Shown piece after piece: positions 7,824 through 15,666 of a stretch of DNA of 64,000 nt. The notes beneath the pieces were generated by a model. The model had not been told where the DNA came from. It was given only the letters and a program-made list of their open reading frames with translations, and ran no database searches. This stretch comes from Clostridia bacterium (GTDB lineage: Bacteria > Bacillota > Clostridia > UMGS1883): positions 5,747-69,746 of the forward strand of contig JAZNYX010000053.1 in assembly GCA_045594665.1 (NCBI GenBank). Reading direction: 5' to 3'. Every line of letters begins with the position of its first letter. The stretch's first letter is position 1. Position numbers and translations under genes: made by a program.

Positions 7824-8519
7824 TCAGTCTTCCGTTCTTATCATTGAAATTGCAAGATAAACTTTTTCAAATCCCATTTTCCGAAGAAGCTTTGCACAGT
7901 AGTTGGAGGTTGCACCTGTTGTATAAATATCGTCTACCAAAAGTACCGTTCCACTATAGGAGTTTTCCGTTGCGAAAAAGCACTTTTTTACATTTTCACG
8001 ACGTTCGGAAAGATTCAGCGTGTGCTGAGGCTTTCCGTCTGTGGTTTTGCGGAGAGTGGGGACACATGGAATATTCAGGGTTTTTGAAAGCTCCCTTGCA
8101 ATAAGCTCCGCTTGATTATAACCACGGTTTTTAAACGCCGCTTTGTCCTGCGGTACAAAGGTTATGAAGTCAAAGCTTGTATAGTAGGGTGAATTAATTA
8201 CTTTATCTGCCAGTACATATGCTATTCCTTTTGCATAATATGGGTGACCTGCTTTAAGTGCAAGGACTGCGTTCTTGGCTTTTTCTTTATATATAAGCGG
8301 TATAAATGCATGCTCAAAATACGTTCTGTTAAAACGGCAGCTTGCACATATAATGTGTGAGGTTTCTTCCACAGGTCTGCCGCAAATTTTGCAGGCTTTT
8401 CCCTTGATGTAGGGGAGGGACGTCATACAACTATTGCAAACGGGGGTCTTACTCTGTAGGATTTTTTCGCAAAAGGGGCATTTTGGAGGGAAGACGAGGT
8501 CAAGTAGCTTATTAAGCAT
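7824..8519 (-). CDS. comFC: ComF family protein (phosphoribosyltransferase-like)
   Basis: N-terminal Cys4 zinc finger and PRTase motif VLLVDDIYTTGAT. Overlaps the recD2 stop. Confidence 0.8.
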   Translation of the reverse strand: MLNKLLDLVFPPKCPFCEKILQSKTPVCNSCMTSLPYIKGKACKICGRPVEETSHIICASCRFNRTYFEHAFIPLIYKEKAKNAVLALKAGHPYYAKGIAYVLADKVINSPYYTSFDFITFVPQDKAAFKNRGYNQAELIARELSKTLNIPCVPTLRKTTDGKPQHTLNLSERRENVKKCFFATENSYSGTVLLVDDIYTTGATSNYCAKLLRKMGFEKVYLAISMIRTED

Positions 8520-10716
8520 TTTTCACGCTCTCCCTTAATCTTTTTTCAAGACTGCTGTAGCGAAGTTGTAATTTATTATTCTTTACCATGGCAGAAACGC
8601 TTTGCAGATTCCCCACCAGAATTACAAGCTTTTTTCCTCTTGTCACAGCCGTATAGAGAAGATTCCTTGTCATCAGCATGGGAGGGAAGGGGCATACGGG
8701 GATTATAACCGCACTCCATTCACTGCCCTGACTTTTGTGTACAGTAAGGGCATATGCCATTTCCAAATCCTCCACAGAGGAAAAATCATATTCCACAATT
8801 TTGTTATCATCAAAAAGAATCCTCATAGATTTTTCTTTCTGCGATATATCAAGTATAGTTCCAATATCGCCGTTGTATATGCCGAAGCCGTCACCGCTTC
8901 CGTCGGGGAGGGTCCAAATCATATCATAGTTGTTTCGTGTCTGAATTACTTTATCGCCTACACGGAAAATCCGCTCACCGAATTTCTTTTCCTTTTTGTC
9001 CTTTGATGGGGGATTGAGCCTGCTTTGTAAAACCTTGTTGAGGTTAATCGTCCCCACAATGCCCTTTCGTGACGGTGAAAGCACCTGAATATCACTGATG
9101 CTGTCAAATCCGTAAACCTTGCCAAGCCTTCCCATGCAAAGCTCACAAATTGTTTCAAGAGCGTCCTCAGGAGTTCTGCCCATAAAGAAAAAGTCTGTTT
9201 TACTGTCGTTTTCCAGAGGCATTTCACCCATGTTGATTCTGTGGGCATTGGTTACTATTCGGCTCTGCTCCGCCTGTCTGAATACTTCGTTCAGCCTTAC
9301 CGCAGGGATAACACCGCTTTGAAGCATATCGTGCAAGACATTTCCTGCACCTACCGAGGGGAGTTGGTCGCTGTCACCTGCCATGATAAGGCATGTCCCT
9401 CTTTTAAGGGCTTTTAAAAGCGAGCCGAAAAGAATAATGTCAACCATGCTCATCTCATCAACTATTACAACATCGGCATCAATGGGGTTGTACTCATTTC
9501 TGGCGAAACGCTGATTTTGTGCATCGTTCACCTCTACCTCCAAAAGACGGTGAAGCGTTTTTGCCTCCATGCCGCAGGACTCGGAAAGCCTTTTAGCGGC
9601 TTTTCCCGTGGGGGCACAGAGGGCAATTTTATATTCATGGCTTTGGAAAATTTCCATAATAATTTTCATAATGGTAGTTTTTCCCGTTCCGGGACCGCCC
9701 GTAATTATGAGCACACCACCGTTAAGTGCCTTTTTCACGGCTTCACTTTGCATTGCAGACAGCTCAATTAAGCTGTTTTTGGAATGGATAAATATATCCT
9801 TCGGAATATCCTTTGAATACGGCTTTGCAAGTGCCATAAGCTCACTAAGCTTAACCGATGCGGAAAGCTCCATGTTATAATAAAGGGGGAGATATACAAA
9901 ATCCTCCTCAAATATCAGCTTGGCATCATATTTCATTTGTGCAAGTGCCATCTCAACCTCACCAATGTCACAACCGAGAAAAGATGCCGTGCTTTCGGAG
10001 AGCTCGGAATATTTAAGGCAGGTATGCCCGTTTAATGCCGCATAGGTAAGCATATATACAATTCCGCCCGAAATTCTTCCGGGGTGGTTTTTGGGAAGCT
10101 TCATTTCCTGTGCAATGCGATCAGCGGTTTTAAAACCGATTCGTTCAACGCTTTCGCACAGGATATATGGATTTTCCTTTACAAGCTCTATTGCTTTTTG
10201 TCCGAAAATCTTATGCACCTTCAGTGCAAGGTTGGGTGTAACCCCGTATTCCTGAAGGAAAATAACGGTTTGTGCCGCATCCTGACGGATAAGGAAGGAT
10301 TCGGAAATTTTTTTTGCACGGTTTAGTGAAATGCCGTTTATCTCGGCAAGCCTTTCAGGGGAAAGAGCAATAACCTCCAAGGCTTCCTCCCCGAATTTAC
10401 TGACAATTTTTTTTGCCGTAGCCTCGCGTATACCGCTTATAATTCCGCTTGAAAGGTAAGAGAGAACAGCACTGACCTTTTTGGGCAGTGCTCTTTCCAT
10501 GGAAGTAACGGAAAACTGCTCCCCGTAGGATGGGTGATTTACCCATTTGCCTGTCATAACCACCTGCTCACCCGGAGCAATAAAGGGCATGTGTCCGCAT
10601 GCCGTAACAAGGGAATTGTTACAGTTTATATCGCACACTGTGTATCCGTTATCTTCATTCTGATATATTATTTCATAAATCTCGCCGTTAAGCGTCTGGG
10701 TTTCTTCGGGCATCAT
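8512..10716 (-). CDS. recD2: ATP-dependent RecD2-type DNA helicase
   Basis: Walker A GGPGTGKTT, DEMSMVD, SF1B motifs, C-terminal SH3-like region. Internal start MMPEETQ (10716) preferred over track start 10845. Confidence 0.9.
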   Translation of the reverse strand: MMPEETQTLNGEIYEIIYQNEDNGYTVCDINCNNSLVTACGHMPFIAPGEQVVMTGKWVNHPSYGEQFSVTSMERALPKKVSAVLSYLSSGIISGIREATAKKIVSKFGEEALEVIALSPERLAEINGISLNRAKKISESFLIRQDAAQTVIFLQEYGVTPNLALKVHKIFGQKAIELVKENPYILCESVERIGFKTADRIAQEMKLPKNHPGRISGGIVYMLTYAALNGHTCLKYSELSESTASFLGCDIGEVEMALAQMKYDAKLIFEEDFVYLPLYYNMELSASVKLSELMALAKPYSKDIPKDIFIHSKNSLIELSAMQSEAVKKALNGGVLIITGGPGTGKTTIMKIIMEIFQSHEYKIALCAPTGKAAKRLSESCGMEAKTLHRLLEVEVNDAQNQRFARNEYNPIDADVVIVDEMSMVDIILFGSLLKALKRGTCLIMAGDSDQLPSVGAGNVLHDMLQSGVIPAVRLNEVFRQAEQSRIVTNAHRINMGEMPLENDSKTDFFFMGRTPEDALETICELCMGRLGKVYGFDSISDIQVLSPSRKGIVGTINLNKVLQSRLNPPSKDKKEKKFGERIFRVGDKVIQTRNNYDMIWTLPDGSGDGFGIYNGDIGTILDISQKEKSMRILFDDNKIVEYDFSSVEDLEMAYALTVHKSQGSEWSAVIIPVCPFPPMLMTRNLLYTAVTRGKKLVILVGNLQSVSAMVKNNKLQLRYSSLEKRLRESVKNA

Positions 10717-10965
10717 ATGTGTTCCTTCCAATACGAATCTCGATAATGCAATTGTCGGGCAGCCCTGCTGCAAAAGAGCTAAGCTCCGATTTTTTGCAAT
10801 ACATTGTCGTTTCCGGTTTGATACTGTTACCCTTGTAAATAACAAAGGCTATCATCATTAGTGCAATTATTAAAGCAGTAATCGCACCATACATATACTA
10901 TCACCAATACTATTATATGAATGTTAAAGCCGAGAAGTCAATGAAGATTGGAACAGTATAAAAAA

Positions 10966-11025
10966 TGTAGGGGTCGATGCCTACATCGACCCGTTTTCGG
11001 GCGGATGAGGGCATCCGCCCCTACA
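10966..11025. repeat. GTAGGGG...CCCCTAC compound palindrome, likely metK terminator region
   Basis: Outer stem TGTAGGGG/CCCCTACA encloses two hairpins (GGTCGATG..ATCGACC and GGGCGGATG..CATCCGCCC). A related palindrome is at 40721-40764. Confidence 0.6.
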
Positions 11026-11040
11026 ACATTCCATTTCAAT

Positions 11041-12222
11041 TTACAGATACTTCTTCAATACTTCTACCTTGTCAAGTCTTTCCCAGGGAAGATTAAGTTC
11101 GTTTCTTCCGAAATGACCGTAAGCCGCTGTCTGATAATAGATAGGCTTTCTGAGGTCAAGAGTATTGATGATTGCAGAAGGACGAAGGTCAAAGTTTTCA
11201 TTTACAATCTCGCCCAGTTTTTCATCACTGAGCTTTCCTGTTCCGAAGGTGTCGATACGCACCGAAACGGGCTTTGCAACGCCGATTGCATATGCAAGCT
11301 GTATCTGACATTTATCTGCAAGGGAGGCCGCAACAATGTTTTTGGCAATGTAACGAGCCATATAGCAGGCGCTTCTGTCAACCTTCGTGGGGTCTTTTCC
11401 CGAAAATGCACCGCCACCATGGGGAGCATAGCCACCGTAGGTATCTACTATAATCTTTCTGCCGGTAAGACCGCTGTCACCCTGAGGCCCGCCTATTACA
11501 AATTTGCCTGTGGGATTAATGTGATAAATTGTATTTTCGTCAATGAGGGAAGCGTCCAGAACGGGCTTTATAACGCTTTCAATCATATCCTTTCTGATTT
11601 GCTCCTGACTTACGTCGGCAGTATGCTGTGTGGAAAGAACAACCGTGTCAATTCTTTTCACCTTGTCGCCGTCATATTCAACGGTTACCTGTGTCTTTCC
11701 GTCGGGACGAAGGTAGGGGAACAGCCCCTGCTTTCTTACCTCTGTAAGCTTCTTTGCCATTTTCTGTGCGTAGTAAATGGGGGCGGGGAGGTATTCCTCC
11801 GTTTCATTTGTGGCAAAGCCGAACATCATGCCCTGGTCGCCTGCACCGATGTCGTTACCGTCTGAAGTGCCTTCCTTTGCTTCCTTGGATTTATCAACGC
11901 CCAGTGCAATATCGGCAGACTGCTTGTTAAGCGTGCTGAGAATGGCAATGCCGTCTGCGGAAAATCCCATGTTGGGGTCTGTATAGCCGATATCCTCCAA
12001 TGTGCGTTTTACTATTGAGCGCACATCATAGGTGTGGGTGGTGGTGATTTCACCAAACACCATAACCATACCCGTTGCCGCACAGCTCTCGCAGGCAACA
12101 CGTGCCTCGGGGTCATGTGCTAAAATATCGTCTAAAACGGCATCGGAAATTTTATCGCAAACCTTATCGGGATGCCCCTCGGTAACTGATTCTGATGTAA
12201 AAAGCTTTTTGTTTGTAATCAT
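11041..12222 (-). CDS. metK: S-adenosylmethionine synthase
   Basis: [19 protein letters not shown] and GGGAFSGKD motifs. 393 aa. Confidence 0.97.
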   Translation of the reverse strand: MITNKKLFTSESVTEGHPDKVCDKISDAVLDDILAHDPEARVACESCAATGMVMVFGEITTTHTYDVRSIVKRTLEDIGYTDPNMGFSADGIAILSTLNKQSADIALGVDKSKEAKEGTSDGNDIGAGDQGMMFGFATNETEEYLPAPIYYAQKMAKKLTEVRKQGLFPYLRPDGKTQVTVEYDGDKVKRIDTVVLSTQHTADVSQEQIRKDMIESVIKPVLDASLIDENTIYHINPTGKFVIGGPQGDSGLTGRKIIVDTYGGYAPHGGGAFSGKDPTKVDRSACYMARYIAKNIVAASLADKCQIQLAYAIGVAKPVSVRIDTFGTGKLSDEKLGEIVNENFDLRPSAIINTLDLRKPIYYQTAAYGHFGRNELNLPWERLDKVEVLKKYL

Positions 12223-12255
12223 TTGTAAGTCCTCCTGTGTTTTGTCAGATGTATA

Positions 12256-12810
12256 TTAGAAAATAAGTCCTAAAAGGCCGTATGAAAATATACTCATTAT
12301 AATTCCGGCACTTATTACTCCGCCCGTAATTGCAATCATTGCATCTTTGAATTTGAAGTCGAGGAAGCTTGCTATAAGTGCTCCCGACCATGCTCCCGTA
12401 CCGGGGAGGGGAATTGCCACGAAAAGAAACAGTCCCCATTTTGCGTATTTCGTAACCTTATCCTTGTTTTTCTCCACCTTTTGTTCAAGGTAGAGGGGAA
12501 TTTTTGAAAGGTGCTTTGTGGTTTTCATCCACGCACACATTTTTTTAATTAAGAGAAGAATAAAGGGAATCGGAATGAGATTTCCTATAATCGACACGAT
12601 AAATGAGGGGACAAGGGGCATATCAAGTGCCATAGCCAGCGGTATTGCACCGCGAAGCTCAATTAAGGGAATCATGGAAACCAAAACTATGTACACATAG
12701 TTTGCAAATTCCGCACCCAGTCCGATAAGCCCTACAAGCCATATGGCAAAAGAGTGTATGGCGGTTGTGATTTTATGCAATTCTACATACCTCCAAGTAA
12801 ATTTAGTCAC
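12256..12810 (-). CDS. Small membrane protein of the putative small multidrug export family (COG2426-like)
   Basis: Polytopic. PLIELRGAIPLA and GNLIPIPFILL resemble Sm_multidrug_ex proteins. Ends 33 nt upstream of metK. Confidence 0.65.
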   Translation of the reverse strand: MTKFTWRYVELHKITTAIHSFAIWLVGLIGLGAEFANYVYIVLVSMIPLIELRGAIPLAMALDMPLVPSFIVSIIGNLIPIPFILLLIKKMCAWMKTTKHLSKIPLYLEQKVEKNKDKVTKYAKWGLFLFVAIPLPGTGAWSGALIASFLDFKFKDAMIAITGGVISAGIIMSIFSYGLLGLIF

Positions 12811-12833
12811 AATTATTTCATTATATAATACAT

Positions 12834-12862
12834 ATTCTAATAAAAAATATGCGATTTGTCAA
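12834..12862 (-). promoter_or_regulatory. Sigma-A type promoter (minus strand) for the 12810-11041 operon
   Basis: Minus strand reads TTGACA, 17 nt, TAGAAT. Confidence 0.5.
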
Positions 12863-12935
12863 CCAAAAGGAGGATTTATGCCTCTGAAAAAAATAGAAAA
12901 ACAAAAAAATGTTCATTTTTTTTAAGAAAACAGAC

Positions 12936-12964
12936 TTGATTTTCGTCATTTGGCATGATAGAAT
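12936..12964 (+). promoter_or_regulatory. Sigma-A type promoter with extended -10 for the DUF4417 island
   Basis: TTGATT, 17 nt, TAGAAT, with TG one nt upstream of the -10. Confidence 0.5.
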
Positions 12965-13168
12965 GACCAAAAATCGAACAAATGTTTTTGAAAAAGGGGT
13001 GGTTTTATGATTGTAAAAGAAAAAGTACATTAGATAACTGTTCGAGCAGTTATCCAACGTACTTAATCACGGATATGCAAGATGCAAACCCTAACCAATT
13101 TGTATTTTAGCATATCTGTGAATTGAAATCAAGAATTAATTTTGATTCACAGGAGGAATTTTGCGAAA

Positions 13169-13786
13169 ATGACAAAGGAAAAATTTAATAATGTTTACGA
13201 TGTTTTCAATTCGTTTCTTGTAACTAATGCGGACTATGACGGCTATATTGAACTGCCTGTAGTAAAAACAAGCGATTTGTTACCTGATAAAGTCATAACA
13301 TTTTCAAAAGCAATGTCCAAAACATGGAACGATTTTGATTGCTGGGTGGCATTTTACGAGCATGACAGAAAATTTGAGCGGCTTTGGAATAATCCGAAGC
13401 AATACTTAAGTAAGCTCAAAAAATTCAAGGGCGTTATATCTCCCGATTTTAGCCTTTATCGAAATATGCCTCTTTGCATGCAAATGTGGAACACATACAG
13501 GGGAAGAGCGATAACTGTATGGTTGCAAAATAATGGCATTGAAGTTATTCCAAACGTAAGATTTGGAGATGAGAGGACTTTTTCTTTCTGCTTTGATGGA
13601 ATAGAAGAAAGCAAAACTGTTGCAGTGGGGACACATGGTTGTATTAAACGGAAAGAAGATAGAATTTTCTTCAAGGTAGGACTTGCACGACTGGTTCAAA
13701 GACTATCCCCAAAAACCATAATTGTTTATGGCAAGCTCCCGATAGTATTTTCAAGCCTTACAAGGATATGGGAATCAACATCATAG
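13169..13786 (+). CDS. DUF4417-like protein, C-terminus apparently frameshifted
   Basis: ISPDFSLYRNMP, WNTYRGR and VAVGTHGC resemble DUF4417. The natural C-terminus (PDSIFKPYKDMGINIIAFESEF...) continues in the +2 frame to a stop at 13831-13833. Confidence 0.55.
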   Translation: MTKEKFNNVYDVFNSFLVTNADYDGYIELPVVKTSDLLPDKVITFSKAMSKTWNDFDCWVAFYEHDRKFERLWNNPKQYLSKLKKFKGVISPDFSLYRNMPLCMQMWNTYRGRAITVWLQNNGIEVIPNVRFGDERTFSFCFDGIEESKTVAVGTHGCIKRKEDRIFFKVGLARLVQRLSPKTIIVYGKLPIVFSSLTRIWESTS

Positions 13787-13832
13787 CATTTGAAAGTGAG
13801 TTTTCAAAGTCCAGAGGGCAGGTGACTGCTTA

Positions 13833-14393
13833 ATGGGTGCAGGCAGAGCAGGGAATTTTGGAAACACCAAAGGGAGCTTTCTTGATGCTTTAAGTGATTT
13901 TTTAACCGCCGCATCATTAATTCCGGGAATTGATACCTTTGTGGACATAGCTGCAATACCCGTTGATATTGCAAGAGGAGATTTTGTTTCGGCAGGACTT
14001 GATTTGGTCGGGGCAATTCCCATCGCAGGAGAACTTGCCGATGCAAAAAAAACTGCTAAAGTGGCAGATAAAGTTATTGATGCAGTGAAAGTCACAGATA
14101 AGGTGTCTGACGCAGGAAAAACTATAAAAAGAATTTCTCCGGCAAAACTAACACAAACTCATAAGACAACATTGAGTAAAAAGCAATATAGCAACCTCGT
14201 AGAAAGCATAAGAAAGAATGGTATTACTGAGCCTATCAAATATGTTGAGTATAAAGGAACAAAATATGTTGTTGACGGTCACCATAGATTAAAGGCTGCT
14301 AAACAACTTAAGTTGGATAAAGTTCCAACACAAAAGGTTTCGCTTCCGTATAAAGGATATAAGACTATTGATGACCTACTTTGGTTTGATTAA
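13833..14393 (+). CDS. Orphan polymorphic-toxin-like module: PT-TG-like linker plus ParB/Srx-like nuclease domain
   Basis: LIPGIDTFVDIAAIPVDIARGDFVSAGLDLVGAIPIAGELADAKK resembles the pre-toxin TG domain. The C-terminus has KYVVDGHHRLKAAKQL (ParB-type DGHHR). Confidence 0.55.
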   Translation: MGAGRAGNFGNTKGSFLDALSDFLTAASLIPGIDTFVDIAAIPVDIARGDFVSAGLDLVGAIPIAGELADAKKTAKVADKVIDAVKVTDKVSDAGKTIKRISPAKLTQTHKTTLSKKQYSNLVESIRKNGITEPIKYVEYKGTKYVVDGHHRLKAAKQLKLDKVPTQKVSLPYKGYKTIDDLLWFD

Positions 14394-14409
14394 GAAAGGG
14401 GGTATAGCA

Positions 14410-15084
14410 ATGATATATATTACAGGTGATACACACATACCGGTGGATGTGCAAAAGCTTTCTACCAAGCGTTTTCCCAAGCAGAAAGAAATGACCAAAG
14501 ATGATTATATAATCATATGTGGTGATTTCGGTGGTGTATGGGATGGCAGCAATGAGGAGAAATATTGGATAAAATGGCTTAAAAACAAAAATTTTACAAC
14601 TCTTTTTATCGACGGCAACCATGAGAATTTTGAAATGCTCTACAATCTTCCAACGGTAGAATTTTGTGGAGGAATCGCACACAAAGTTGAAGATGGCATA
14701 TATCACTTAATCAGAGGAGAGGCATATAGCATTGACGGGAATAAGTTCTTTGTATTTGGAGGAGCAAGTTCCCACGATAAGGAGTATCGGACAGAAGGGA
14801 AAAATTGGTGGGCAGCAGAAATGCCCAGTGAGCAAGATTACAAAAATGCAGAGGAAAATCTGAAAAAAAATAATTTTAATTTTGATTTTGTCATAACTCA
14901 TTCTGCCCCGACATCTGTTCAAAAGAAGCTTGAATCAACATATGAGGTTAACAAGCTTACAGAATTTCTGGAAGAAGTAAAAAAGAATGTTGTGTGTACA
15001 AAATGGTTTTTCGGGCATTATCACAAAGATGTGGTAATTGATGATAAGTTTACAGCATTATTTGACAAAATTTTAGAGGTTTAG
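14410..15084 (+). CDS. Calcineurin-like metallophosphoesterase
   Basis: GDTH, GDFGG and GNHE motifs in order. GGGGG RBS lies before ATG 14410. Confidence 0.8.
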   Translation: MIYITGDTHIPVDVQKLSTKRFPKQKEMTKDDYIIICGDFGGVWDGSNEEKYWIKWLKNKNFTTLFIDGNHENFEMLYNLPTVEFCGGIAHKVEDGIYHLIRGEAYSIDGNKFFVFGGASSHDKEYRTEGKNWWAAEMPSEQDYKNAEENLKKNNFNFDFVITHSAPTSVQKKLESTYEVNKLTEFLEEVKKNVVCTKWFFGHYHKDVVIDDKFTALFDKILEV

Positions 15085-15093
15085 AAAAATGGC

Positions 15094-15126
15094 AAGACCT
15101 GTTCGGCGGAACAGGTCTTATTTGTT
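15094..15126 (+). terminator. Intrinsic terminator
   Basis: AAGACCTGTTC / GAACAGGTCTT stem, GGCG loop, then ATTTGTT. Confidence 0.7.
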
Positions 15127-15406
15127 AGGATTCTGTTTGGCGACAGGTGAGAACGTACAATTAAAAAAGTGCACCAACAAAGTTGATGCACCGAAAAATG
15201 CACGCTCCTTGTTTATTGCGACATAAACCATACTTGTTCAAAACTGTATGCAGAAAAAGCGTACATTTTTACCAAAAGGTAAAAAAGCACATACAATTTC
15301 AAACAATATTGGATTATGTCGCACCACAACTATAGCACACATACTAAAATTTGTCAATGAAATTAATCGGCAGCCCCGAAAAATAGAAAAAATCGGAATA
15401 TTTCCC

Positions 15407-15435
15407 TTGACATATCTTGACATATATGATATTAT
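15407..15435 (+). promoter_or_regulatory. Sigma-A type promoter for rpoBC
   Basis: TTGACA, 17 nt, TATTAT, with TG at the extended -10 position. A second TTGACA at 15417-15422 sits upstream of TATACT. Confidence 0.55.
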
Positions 15436-15666
15436 GTTATACTGCATTAAGATGCACCCATATCCCCTAAAACGTGGAAGATATGGGAAAAAATAAGGTT
15501 TTAACAACTACTTTTTGTGTTTTGCGGTATTGGTGCATTCTACAATCAATTCCGCAATGTGAATGAACTAAGAATTTGTTCACGGTGTGTTCCGAGTGCA
15601 TTCTACACAGGAATACGGAATATTTAAAGGAAGTTGTTCGTTATTAAATTTTGAAGAGGTGATTTT

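Noticed and set aside
10688-10894. 68-aa ORF with an N-terminal hydrophobic helix upstream of recD2.
   Set aside because: Only the first ~25 residues look protein-like. The rest overlaps the recD2 start region in another frame. It is possibly a tiny membrane peptide, but the sequence alone does not support it.
13833-14393. Reading the ParB-like ORF as a chromosome-partition Spo0J/Noc protein.
   Set aside because: It is only 186 aa and has no central HTH or C-terminal dimerisation region. There is no adjacent parA/soj. The N-terminus looks like a toxin linker instead.
15238-15507. ORFs 15248..15496 (+) and 15238..15507 (-) upstream of rpoB.
   Set aside because: They overlap each other and the rpoB promoter. 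They have no RBS, implausible composition, and no recognisable motif.
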